A stretch of DNA of 64,000 bases, taken from Mizuhopecten yessoensis. Its lineage: Eukaryota. Position 1 is the first letter of the stretch; each line of letters begins with the position of its first letter. The notes beneath the pieces were generated by a model that saw only the letters and a list, made by a program, of their open reading frames with translations, was not told where the DNA came from and made no database searches. The translations under genes and the position numbers were made by a program. The stretch covers positions 157,299 to 221,298 of the forward strand of contig NW_018480005.1 of assembly GCF_002113885.1 (NCBI RefSeq), written 5' to 3'. Positions 1 through 12,500 of this stretch are shown here, in pieces.

Positions 1-583
1 GATATACTCTTCAATAAGTACCTCTAACATACCTACTGATATACTCTTCAATAAGTACATCTAGCATACCTACCGATATACTCTTCAGTAAGTACCTCTA
101 ACATACCTACTGATATACTCTTCAATAAGTACCTCTAACATACCTACTGATATACTCTTCAATAAGTACATCTAGCATACCTACCGATATACTCTTCAGT
201 AAGTACCTCTAACATACCTACTGATATACTCTTCAGTAAGTACCTCTAACATACCTACCGATATACTCTTCAGTAAGTACCTCCCACATACCTACTGATA
301 TTCTCTTCAGTAAGTACATCTAGCATACCTACCGATATACTCTTCAGTAAGTACCTCTAACATACCTACCGATATACTCTTCAATAAGTACCTCTAACAT
401 ACCTACTGATATACTCTTCAATAAGTACATCTAGCATACCTACCGATATACTCTTCAGTAAGTACCTCCAACATACCTACCGATATACTCTTCAGTAAGT
501 ACCTCCAACATACATACTGATATTCTCTTTAGTAAGTACCTCTAGCATACCTACCGATATACTCTTCAATAAGTACTTATAAC
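1..583. repeat. 37-bp minisatellite (~15 units), truncated by window start
   Basis: Unit GATATACTCTTCA(A/G)TAAGTAC(C/A)TCTA(A/G)CATACCTAC(T/C) starts at 1, 38, 75, 112, 149, 186...; variants run A-B-C-A-B-C at the start (111-bp higher-order pattern). Confidence 0.97.
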
Positions 584-838
584 ATGCTTAATCGGTGTTG
601 TTTTCATGAAAATACTGCCTGCGTATTTACTCATTTAACTCATACCCATGTGTTCCGAAACGTGCATGCAGAATATAGAGAAAAGGAACGTGGTTATATA
701 AAACTCTTAATAACATTACTTTACACCTTTTCTTTACAGCAAATGGTATAAACTAGTACTAGTACTTATCTCATGTCTTTCTTCAATACATTAATACAAC
801 GTTTGAATCCGATGTTTTGAATGAATTATCACAAACGT

Positions 839-985
839 ACTTACCCGATGTTTCTTCAGAGCAGTCTCTTAAATGTTTCATTCATTTAATAAACCTTTTT
901 ACTTAACTGAGGAATGGTTAAAGTGCTGACCTGTGATCTATCACGTTTATATATACTCATACAGTGAAACAGATGTGTCGGATTA
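839..985 (-). promoter_or_regulatory. Putative promoter and non-coding first exon (module P1) of a gene continuing off the left edge
   Basis: Minus strand: CATCTG E-box (970-975), 14-bp spacer, TATATATAAA (946-955), then donor ATCGG|GTAAGT (839-844). Same layout as the module upstream of TIMP-A. Confidence 0.6.
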
Positions 986-2822
986 CATCAAAACTAGTAC
1001 GGAAAGGTAACCACAATATCATTATTTGCGATACCGCTTCATTAAGTCGAACATCTTTTTACGATATCATATCACGATTTACTCAGTCTATATATGTGTT
1101 TTATTCTTTGTATGTATATTAACATTTTATATTACAAAACATTACGTGGCAAAGAAAGGTAATGCTACCTTAGAGCTGTTCACCAGAAAATGGCAACATG
1201 TTGATAGCTGATGGTACACAATTTCTTTATGTTCAATATGGACGACCTGTTTTTAAATCCAACAAATGTTACACATAATTTCCCCAGTTTTATACGGTAG
1301 ACGTCTTAGGTTTATGAAATTGGGAATATTGCAATGTATGTCAGCATTTATAGATATACTACAATAATTTATATGTTGATTTTCCCCTAATGGAAGACTT
1401 TTCGGGTTATATCGTATAACCTAAAAAAGGACAACACCGAAAGGGATGACGTCATATACCTCAATGTTTGGTGCAGTATTTGTAATTCCAAGTTCTGATT
1501 GGTTGAAGTTGCTTGGCGTTGAAATTACTGCGCAATGATGTGTTTTGTGTCAAATCGGGTGGGGTTTTTTCAGAAGTGAACTAATATTCACTAACTATGA
1601 TTTAAAGAAATTTAAAATTAAATTCGAACCAAATGACGAGTATCTCAAATCAATCTTCATCGATTCTGCCGATCCACTCCTTAGTGTTGCATTTCACAAT
1701 TTGAGCTTGGTCAGATGACAAGGTTGGCTGCCGGAAACAAAATGGGCAGCAATAAATAAAATTAAGTGAACAATCTATCTTTTTTTAAATCTTACGGGTT
1801 ATAACTAACCGTGAGGTATTCTTGTATCGACTGCGTACCATATAAAACCTTAGAACGTTCCTAAATTGCTTGTTTGTGCATATTTTGTTCTTCTATTATC
1901 TTATTATTTAAGTTGATTCCTGTTCCACTTACAACTAGTATTATTGCATGCGTATTAATTTTGTACCGTTATCCCCCCGTCTTTAGAACTTATGACTGCT
2001 TTGCCAATTTAGCTAAAGATAATCTTTCCTGTTTTAATAGTGACCTGTCTGTCTCCTAGACAAAGGCGTTTACTACAGCAAGTGATTTGGTATCCACTGA
2101 CTTCACGATTTTCATTACAGATGCCGACTTCATACGAACTAATAGTGTTTTATTCTGACATACAAGATATGTCTTCGGAAATAGCAGGTAATATACAAAA
2201 AGGATGCAGGAGTGAAATTGAGGACAGAGTTTTGCAATGGTTGCGGCAGATCAATTGCTGTTTTATCTTTGTTATGAAGAGACACCAAAGACGAAAAAGC
2301 TCTCAAATGCAGGAAGTCCAATATTAGTAACCTCTTAGGAATACAGAGTGTCCAAATGCACATTTGCAGCTACTGTTCCCTCGTTGAGGTTGCGATGTTT
2401 GAGGGCAGAATCAGGGTATGACTAAAGAAAATATGCTCACACCTTATAATTAGATAATATGCACGAACCCCAGTGATTATTTCGTAACAGTGTACATTTT
2501 TGGCGAAATTTATAATGTTTCTTTTATATACACAAAGACAAATAGAGCTTTGGTCCTTAAAAGGGGAGCTGTGAAATTATTTCAATTATGTTGAACAAAA
2601 GCATTAACTTTAACTAAATTATTACCTGTATGTTAATGCACAAACTTTTGATTGATAGGTGTTGATATGGAATCTTTGTAGTACAGAATTCGTTTTGTGA
2701 ATAACTTTGTCTTTTTATTATTTTTCTTAATTAGCAAGAAAATGTCATGTTTTTTTAAATACGTATTACATACAACTTTGGTTATTTTTCACTTTTATGC
2801 CACTAGCATCCGATCTTTTGAA

Positions 2823-3017
2823 TATTCCGTCTTTGCGTATTGCAGAGTTATCTTCTATTGGGAGCAGGTATTGATTGTTACGTCACGTGTTTGTGAGAGA
2901 AACGTCATCAATTTTTGAGAAAACGACGTAATGTAATTTTCTCACACGAACCAATGAGGTACCAATCAATACCTGCTCTCAAGAGAAGATAACTCTGCAA
3001 TACGCAAAGACGGAATA
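2823..3017. mobile_element. MITE / fold-back element with long terminal inverted repeats and TA ends
   Basis: TATTCCGTCTTTGCGTATTGCAGAGTTATCTTCT...GAGCAGGTATTGATTG at the left is mirrored by CAATCAATACCTGCTC...AGAAGATAACTCTGCAATACGCAAAGACGGAATA at the right. Confidence 0.85.
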
Positions 3018-3090
3018 GAGCTTCTAACAAATTTATCTAACTTTCCTGCAGAGTTGTACCTTAAATATTTTCCGTAATTCGATACTAGCT

Positions 3091-3180
3091 ACTTACTTCC
3101 CTGTTGAATTTATTTAAGTGCTGGTTGCTATTCTATCATATCTATTTATACTTATATAGCGACACAGATGTATCGGATTA
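3091..3180 (-). promoter_or_regulatory. Second copy of the promoter / non-coding exon module (P2)
   Basis: Minus strand: CATCTG (3165-3170), 14-bp spacer, TATAAATA (3143-3150), GTAAGT donor (3091-3096). Flank 3180-3420 is visibly homologous to 985-1300. Confidence 0.55.
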
Positions 3181-4031
3181 CATAATCCAAGTACTGGAAG
3201 GAAACGATAACATGTTCATTTCTTATAACGCTACATTAAATCGAACACTTTTGATATAGTCTAGGTATGTGAATTTAAAAATATATTTGCATTCAGTGCA
3301 TATTCACATTTTTAAGAAGAAGTGGTCACATCTTGATATTTGATTGGAAACAATTACTAAAATGGACGATTTGTTCGCTAATCATTCAGAATTTACATGC
3401 ACTTGCACCAGTTTTATGTATTCGAAATAATCCAATGCCTATTACCATTTGTATATATATTATGGTATATCAACCTGACGTTACCAAATACAAGGTATAT
3501 TATTAATGTGTATAGGGGTAACAAATATTTATTATCATAGGAGTAATTTTACAAATTCTGTGTGTGAAACCTCTACACGAGGTTGTGATTATTTTTGAAA
3601 AATTATAGATATTAATGGGCATTTAAATAGCGGTCTATCATACCCAAACAAGTAGATCTAGAGCTATTTACAAATTGATATCAAGGACATCATATAGTAA
3701 AACTTTAAAAAAAAATATATATATATACATACACAACTTATATGAAATACATAACAAAATGCTTTGCTCCATTCTCAAGAATACAATTCCTGTCGTGTAT
3801 CTTCTCTGGAGGTGTTGTATCCATTCACAGTCAGGATACACATGGAAACTCGAGAAAACATATTCACAAAGATTTGTTCTGATTGGTTAAGTCACCTTGC
3901 CCAATCAACAAATGGCCAAAGTGAACAGGTGGGTTTTCTGACTTTTCTTGAAAATTTCAAAAGAATTTGTATGACTCAATTTAGCCGGAGAGCTGTTCAA
4001 CGATGAAGCGGCAGATTTGTCAAAAAAGTCG

Positions 4032-4125
4032 ATGGTGCGCGTTTGTGGAACATTAGGTTATGTATCTAACTACAAGTGTTAAGATCTATTTCCCTGTAAG
4101 TGTTTATCGATTCCCGCAAATAACG
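4032..4125 (+). mobile_element. Possible degraded THAP-domain N-terminus (DNA transposon remnant)
   Basis: Reads MVRVCGTLGYVSNYK...VSVYRFP across a frameshift, resembling the THAP C-x-C...FP start. Confidence 0.3.
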
Positions 4126-4851
4126 TTTTGGTGCGAGTTACCAGCCGTGTTTTATTGGATTTTTTGTATAAAGTGTGTATATGACCTTGTTTTAAACACT
4201 ATGAATATAATGGCGTTTTCGTAGTCCAAGGATGATGTCACGCAGTCGAGTCATGAAAGACCTAATACTATTGATCTTATAGATAAAGAAGAATCATATT
4301 TTAGTGACAGAGATGGATCGTTTTTCCATGCTCAGGTTTTTGTCAAAGTATGCACATCTACCTTAATTATTTACTACGGGTGCTGCGCAAAACTTATCTC
4401 CCCTGACGTTGATCTGATAATTGAAAGTATCCTTAATGTGATGTTTTTGGGGAAATCTACCTAAGATCTTTTGATCTGATTCAGATTTAGCATGTTAGTT
4501 GTCAACTACAAACTAATATAGGAGAGAGATCCGGTCATCACGCGGTTTGCTTATCAGATAGACCGGTATATCATCTGAATATATGTGATAACACATGTTG
4601 TGTTTCAGACAAATCTGACTAACTGGTTTGGAATACAGTAAACGCATACACTGCTCCTTTGAAAAGACGGAGCCTACCGCGATCGGTTATTTTCAGTCAC
4701 TGATGTAGGATTGCATTCATGAATGTTCCGTACCATATATACCATATGTTTATTCCAGATGCCTGTTGAGAACGTCAGTTAATAACGTCGAAGGCAGCTG
4801 ATAGGTCAGGAAGTACATGTGCAGCGGGGCTGTTGTTTCGTAGAATTAAAG

Positions 4852-5443
4852 ACACGGTAGGCTGATTGAAAATGTTCATGAATGATTTACGTCCAAATTG
4901 TGACGCCACGCCTAGGACAAGTACATAACGTCAAAATGGCGTGTTTTTTTTTACATTTTAATGTTGCATGGAAAAGGTCGTACTACACGAATAAATGCCA
5001 CAAATCTTGATTATGTGATAAAAAAATCTTTCACTCGTTTTTATTTCATATGAAATTTATGAAACTAGAATTATGGTTCAAACTAAATTGGTGATACGCT
5101 CCTATATTAAAGGACGATGCACAGACAGATAACCCCAAACAGATGCATGCGGCATAAAAGGCGCATCTGCCGTTACATTGAGAACTATTTTCAGATGGGT
5201 AAACAAATTCAAGAATGATAAAGCTAACATCAAAGAGGACAAACGCCCAATAAAGGATGATGGACGCTACAATGTTTCTAAGATAGCTCATTTGGTTGGT
5301 ATTTTAGATGGCGGTACACATCACATTCTGACTGTGCCCAATATTCTTTCAATGCATTTGCAGTCTGCTAATGTGTTTAACGTTTTGATTGCTCGTCCGT
5401 ATGTGGGCTGTTTGATGACAGAAGTTATTGAATGACCCTCGTA
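4852..5443 (+). mobile_element. Degenerate, internally deleted mariner-like element
   Basis: RTIFRWVNKFKNDKANIKEDKRP resembles the mariner HTH region (W..RF..G...LED..R.GRP). The right end TTATTGAATGACCCTCGTA (5425-5443) is a typical mariner TIR plus TA. The left end is degraded and approximate. Confidence 0.7.
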
Positions 5444-5683
5444 TACTTATTCGAGCAAATTACGACAAATCAATGAAAATTCCTTGGATCACATGTTCTG
5501 CTGACATTATTTGACATATTGAAGCTACTTAGATACCTGAAATGTAGTTATAATTCAAAGTACGACCACTTTTAACTTTTAACCATAACAAAAACAACGC
5601 ATCTTTTGTTGGTGCGTGACAATGTTTAGTTTATTTACCATACAAAGTCACAAACAATGAATTAGCCATCAGGACCACCACAG

Positions 5684-5867
5684 TTAAAGTATGCCCACCA
5701 GACAGCTAAAAGCTGACCCTCTGCACGAATGTCCTGACGCGGAGGGTAAACACCGCAGCCTGTTGTAACATTTTATTCTTGTAAGATCACCGGGGTACGT
5801 GCAGGCATTAGGAGGAGGCGCAATAATGCCACAGTTCCCGCTTCATCACTATAACAACAATATCGGT
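5684..5867 (-). pseudogene. Orphan, frameshifted TIMP terminal exon (C-terminal domain)
   Basis: Translates GNCGIIAPPPNACTYPGDLTRIKCYNRLRCLPSASGHSCRGSAFSCLVGIL*, clearly paralogous to the TIMP-A last exon (..CTYYGDYTKIQCFNKLRCIPSASGKSCRWSS..). There are in-frame stops just upstream, the conserved Trp is Gly, and no other exons were found. Confidence 0.8.
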
Positions 5868-6048
5868 CTAACTACTTACACTTGTCTCTTGGTTTTGTTA
5901 CTTCTGATACATTTGTATCAATGGTTTGCTTGATCCCTGCTCTGTGTAGGGTCTACTGGTTCTGAAGTCGGTTGTTATATCTTATTTTTCTATACGTATA
6001 CGAAATCTCATATATGATATAAGACATAGAGAACTACATAAGGAATTT

Positions 6049-6405
6049 GGCCTCCATCCTTGATATCAAGGGATTAAACTCCCTTTATCCCCGGAATATG
6101 TCATAGCAAAAGCAAAGGCTCAGTGTGCACCACCTTGTGGATGAGACGAGAAAGGTAGTTTGATCTTTTGATGTACATCAAAAGAATCTCGCGGTCACAC
6201 AACGATATAACTTTTTGGCTTTGAAGTTGGTCGGCGCCCCTCTGTACTCTTCAAAAGACAAGTATTAGCCTAGTGATTCGTCAGGGTTTTTTAAACTGAC
6301 ACCAATCAAATAGCTAGCCGCGTGCCTTCAATTTTGCTATGACATATTCAAGGTGTATTGAGAGCAAAAGCGATCATAACTCCTGGATATCGAGGATGAT
6401 GGGCC
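6049..6405. mobile_element. MITE with imperfect terminal inverted repeats
   Basis: GGCCTCCATCCTTGATATCAAGGGA vs TCCTGGATATCGAGGATGATGGGCC; internal IR GAATATGTCATAGCAAAA / TTTTGCTATGACATATTC. Confidence 0.65.
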
Positions 6406-7666
6406 TCATAAAATATATATATAAAAAAATGGTAACTTATCTATTAGATATCATTTATGTTATAAGATATTTTACATAATATACAATAATATTTTATTAA
6501 TTGTTCAATTCAATATTAAGACCGGTGTAACATGAAAAAGTGACCCGCGAAGAAAACCTACCCGGGGGTCATTTTTCTACGATAGAAATCTTACCTAGGA
6601 AAGGAAACATCAACCTCTATGCACGAACATATACCAATGATATGGTATATCTCCTCTAATCCGCCCGGCCATCCGCTCAAAGGTCAATATCGAAATTACC
6701 TTAAAATAGAAGTTTACCGAAAAATCTGGTCATCAAGCTGCATTCGATTGATTTTTTTTGGCACAAGTTTGAATAGGACTGGGGTAGGTCAAAAGCTAAG
6801 GTCACCGATATCGATACTTTAAATGGAAGCTCAACGAATATCGTTGGTATCATTTATGCAACTGTATATTTCAATGATTACTTTACAGGGATTATTGATT
6901 TGTTTGTCTTGTATAAATGTTGAATACTTGCAAAAAGAAGCAGTTCAGTAATTGGTAGACATTTCACCATACACATGTATCACATGATAACGAAGAAACG
7001 ACTGACATGCTATAATTTCGCATTATGAAAACTCACAATTAACAACAAATACGAACGATCTTTAATTTCAACAATATTGGTTATTTATTACGTTCTGACA
7101 AGAAGAGTATCTCATAGGCCTTGATTGGTACAGAGCAATTGTCGGCGAGATAAGAACAGTTTAAAAACACGTTTAAGCGGAAGAAAAACATGTAAGGAAA
7201 ACAGCACTGCGTGTGGAATGGCAATAACCGGGCAATTTAAATGTCATTAATGTTTCCTGGTTCATGAAAACACCATGTTAAATACTGACGTGCTAAAACA
7301 TCCTTCAATGCGTTCATGAAACAACACTTCAACCCGTTAATCATCATGTTATAATAACGTTATCACATTTACGTGTTACGCAGCACAAAGTAAATAGCAT
7401 TTTACCACGTCAGCTTTTAGCATGATTGACCATCTAATTGTTCGTTGTCATCATGGACTTTTTACAAAATATACCTTTTTTTTTTTACTTGGTCATTTTA
7501 AAGCGATCTAGTGTACGTTTAACGGAAATGAATTAAACGCGAGTTCTTTAAATACGTTGAAGGGATGATGGTAAATAAGTGGCATTGATATGAACAAGTT
7601 TTCTTTTTCTTCGGAAAAGCAAACATGCGAGTTACATATGTACGTTAAAACCAACATTTTAATACG

Positions 7667-8340
7667 TTAGCATTTAACGATATAGATGATCGTGTTTCTG
7701 ACATGAACTACCGGTTCCTTAATTGTATCTAAGCTGGTGAAGATACAAAGTACGTTGAACACATTTGGGTCAAAATCGTTCAAAACGAATCCTACGCCAA
7801 TGTCGTATAGGACATCTGTATAGATTAATACAAAGATGTTGTGATCGAAGTCTTTAGACATCAGTATACGTTCGTCATCGTTTTCCTTGGTCAATGCCGC
7901 TTTCAGGGATTCTGACGACGCTACGGACCAGTACATCTTGGGGATGTAGTTCTTTAATCTCTCGATCACCACATTGACAACACACGATACACGTAAATAA
8001 GAGTTTCAAGTTATTCAGTCATTGTCCCTCTCTTCTTTGATTTCTCTTTCTGTCCTGTAGTCCTGTAAGTTGTTCGTCCTTTCTCTCCGATTTCGGTTCC
8101 TCTGGCCACAAGTACTTTAGAAGTTTTGCTCCATTTACCAGTGTTTTCTTATGTGACACCTTATACGTTCCCATGTCTTGCACTGCTTCAATTGTTTATG
8201 GCCCTGCCGATGTAGGATCAAGTTTTGCTCCCTTTCTGATGGCCTTTCTTGAGCTATGTAGCAGTTAGTTGTCACCAATCTTGTATAATGCTTTTTAACT
8301 TTTTTTTTGTCATGATAAAACTGTGCAAGAGCAACACATG
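7667..8340 (-). mobile_element. Degraded Gypsy/Ginger-type integrase C-terminal region plus downstream ORF remnant
   Basis: About 8110-8290 on the minus strand reads YKIGDN*LLHSSRKAIRKGAKLDPTSAGP*TIEAVQDMGTYKVSHKKTLVNGAKLLKY, matching the KL.P.W.GPY...G.Y....N...LK.Y integrase GPY/F module. The identity of ORF 7667-7972 is unknown. Confidence 0.55.
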
Positions 8341-9568
8341 TATCAATTCCTGACTTTTGAGTTTATGTTTGGACTGCTGGTATATCCAGTTCAATAAGCT
8401 CGTGAAGTCCTTCCTATTTTCACATATTTCTCTTTTGAATAATATTCCTAAAAAAAAGATTCCTCATAACACTTCATAAACTAAAAAAATGGACAGGACG
8501 TTACCCTAACCCCCTTAATATGTAGAATCGAGATTATGTAAAATATATCATTTAGTCTTTATCTCGGATGCAGTTGATAAATCTTTGTATATATGAGGAA
8601 ATTTTGTGAACGTGAGTTCAAGTATTTCTTCCTTTGTACCATTATGAATCCCGACAAAGATGCTAGACTCCATTCCACACGAATAAAGTGACGAATAACT
8701 ATTTGGTGATGTAACCTAGACATACGAGAAAAATAGATAGCTTCTCAGGAGGTTTTGCGGATGTAACTCGATAAACTACAGTAATAAGCGTACTATATAA
8801 AGTTATTACCCTTTCAAGTGTGTAAAAAACTGTCAGGTAGTTTATTAACTCTGATGGTATTGATTTTTATAATCTCAATAGTTACACTTTGTGTAATAGT
8901 TACTAAGATTATCGCTGTAAAGGTATACATGTATTGTTAGCGTGGCTTGTTACGAACGATGAGAATGACTGTATACACACCTTAGTACTTAATTCCCAAT
9001 CATCGTCATAAAATGTCTTATGCAATTTTACATGTTCATTGCATAAAATACAATTTAAACTAGAAATAATAAATTAAGTAGAAGAGGTAAGATCAAAAAG
9101 CAAGCAGTTAGTATTTATAAACTTAACGCTGTTAAATATATTATCAGCTGTTACGACTACTTCCATTCCATGGAGTTAAATCAATTGTTTTTAACAGAGG
9201 TGTCAATAAAACAGATTTTTTTCTCACCTAAAGTATTAAAACCCGTCTAAAATAACTGATAGATATAACTCACTCAGAAAGGATCTCAACCAGAACCTCT
9301 TCCGGTTACTCGTGAACTTTCTAATATACCTATTCAATAGTCATCAAAATCATTCATAAGTGTTTTGTAATTTAGTTGCAGTAACTATATAACTCTTCAC
9401 TGTATTTTGGGTTATTGTAGAGAACAAATTCACACAACCTGTTATACATGTAGTCAGCAATACTGAGAATTGTTCAGTATGTCAAGGATTCGTTAAGACT
9501 ATTATATCCACACTGTGATCAATAACAAAACATGTTTGTGTGTCAGGATTTTTTATTTACTAGACTGA

Positions 9569-12500
9569 TTAGCCAATTGTGATATCTCCGGGTCTTCCAC
9601 ACACTGGGGATGACCACCTGCACGATTTCCCGGACGCGGAGGGTATACATCTTAGCTTGTTAAAGCACTGGATCTTAGTATAGTCACCGTAATACGTACA
9701 TGTAGTAGGCCGATTAGAGCCACATCCATCCTTTGATTCCCCGCAGTACACTATCTGTAACCATAGAAAACTTAATTGTGCATACTTTACATATGGTTAT
9801 TAGTCATCCTGATAGTTTTTTTGAAATTTATGTATTTTTTGTCCTAAATGAAAACATTTGTACGTAAACTTCCAGACAGAGGATATCAGAATGGTACACC
9901 CCTGGATCGAGAAAAGAATCAGTCTGCTGTTACCCACTGCATGATCGTAAGAGGCGACTTAAGGCTAGTGATGTAAGTATAATGAGGTACATGTTATTGT
10001 ATTACAACTTTTAATAATTTAAACAATCAAACTATTATGCTATATGTAAGCAACAAACCGTGATGATGCCTTACAGTATCCAATTCTAATAGATATGTTA
10101 ATGTTAAGTATGTAATGATATCTCAAATAAAATCCACTAATGTAAAGATAACTTTTTATATTATTGATACGTGTCACTGTGCCTTTTACAGGAATATATT
10201 ATTTATAATCACGACACAACCGGTCAGAAAATACTGCGCCAATGAAATACAGAAATACACATGCGAAAACCGTTTTTGCCAGCATAGGTTTAAGATAAAA
10301 AAAAAAAATACAAACATCCATTTTAGTTACATATCATTTGGTATACAGTATTTATTGGGGAAATTGTAACTGGATAAATCTTTCTCTATGTCACTAAAGA
10401 ACTAACTTTACGACTTTTGATTTACTTTTGACGTATCTTAAACTTCATTTTAATTTCGAAGTCATCGAAATATAACAATGTACAATCTAATTAAGATTCG
10501 ATATATATGTGTTCCCTATAATGACGTGTCACATGAAAAATGACGTGTAACATGAAGAACGTTACCTTGCACGTTTTACAGTTGATGTCGTTCAATCCTG
10601 GGAAACTGTATCTTCGGTTGGAATTATACTTTCGTTTGACTTCGTTTGTTACGGAGTTCTTGTTCAGGATAAGACTTTGGCAAAGCTGTATTTGGTAGGT
10701 ACCGTCATTATTGCTTTTGGCTACAAAACAAATCCAAGAAGAAAAGAGAATATTTCTTAAAAATATAGATCTAATTGGCAAATTAACTATGTTGTGATAG
10801 CTTTTGTAGAATCGTATTGGATCACGTTTGTCATTATCTGGTATTCTAGTGATTCAACAATCTGGCCATACCTGTCATCAGGTACTTTTCTTTCTTCACA
10901 AGCCCGGTGATGCCACACATCCCGCCATTGTTGGGAGTCTTCACTGTTATAACACCACTAATATTTCCCTGCCAAACCACATTAACAAAGTACCATCAAT
11001 AGTATAACATCGCTATTCAAAACATTTTACGAAAATGCCATTAAGCTTACATGTATCACGACACAATTGTTTTGCCTCGTCAGATCCTGTGGAAATATCT
11101 GAATATTTTATTAGCCTCTCCCTGTTGACCAATTAACTGCAAAGCCAGTTTCAGCTTTGGGTAAGTATTCAAGGAAGCAAATTCAGAATAATAAAATAAA
11201 TCTAAATTGTTGGGACAATCACTTCAATAACAAGGATGAAACATAGTATCATTACACAAAAATTGCACTTTCGGGATGTATTTGTGTATACAACATACTA
11301 TAAAATATATTAAACCAGACTATAGTTGTGACAGAAATATTAGGATTGGAGAAAATAACCATCCGTAATATTGAGGAAGTAGCAGATAAAACACTAGCCC
11401 TCGTTTAGATATTTTAGGTGTCTTACCCTCGGAGGTGCTTCGGGTTAGACACCATTTTGGTTTTACTTCGGGTAGGTTACATATGTCTCTGTTTCACAAT
11501 GAAGGTAGAATATTATTTATTCCGTCTTTATTTAGTTTAATCACAAATTTATCATAAGTAGCCTGGCCTGTTTTTTTGGCAATTGACCTTCTCCGTCGAA
11601 ATATAGTTTTGATGTTATCCTGACGTCATCGTATTATTTTGTTCCTATGTTATATATCAAACCCTACAGGCAGACAAAGAACTCATCACTTATCATATCA
11701 TGAACAGGTAAAACTTAAAACAATTTGTGAAAGATGGGAGAAAATAAATCAATGTTCCGAAATTTCCCAATAGCCTCGTTATGGTATCAAATACAAAATA
11801 AATCCATGCTCCGCACTTAACCAATAACCTCGTTATGGTATATCTGGATAAACGACGATTGTCTCCACTACCGACGAACCCTAATTTGGATGTTATAAAA
11901 ACAAAACCAAGAAAGTGATGCTTACTTTGAAGACCCTCCTCACTTTAACGTGATATATGTGATCGTCGTCCATTGAGGCTGCAGGGAGGACTTCTCTAAT
12001 TTTTCCGATGAAAACTGCAATATCAAACAAAAAGCTCTACACTGTATTGTAGATAACACTGTCATAAATGATGAAGTAACGATTAAAAAAAATAAAACGC
12101 CTACTATAGTTTCACAACTTCCATTAAAAGCATTGCTGGAAAATTTACATTAAATGCTGATGGTCAAATATCTACACGAGGATCTAAAAACGAGTTAGGT
12201 TTACTCATGAGATATCGTTTAAAGTATCATGCTGCTGTGGAAAGTATCAACAGTACTGATCAACAATTGAAACGTACGTAAAATATTATTATGTTTCTAA
12301 ATTTTAACATACTATGATGGTGATACCCTATCTTTGTAGATATATATTTTACTTTGTAGCATCTATATTTCAACTTATAGCACCGTTGATGACCTTTTGT
12401 GATTAAAACACGAGCGCCCGGCGTACTTAAACTGATATATCTTGTGTATAATCGAGAACTCATTCAACAAGATTTAGACCGTTGTTATTCGACTTTGTAG

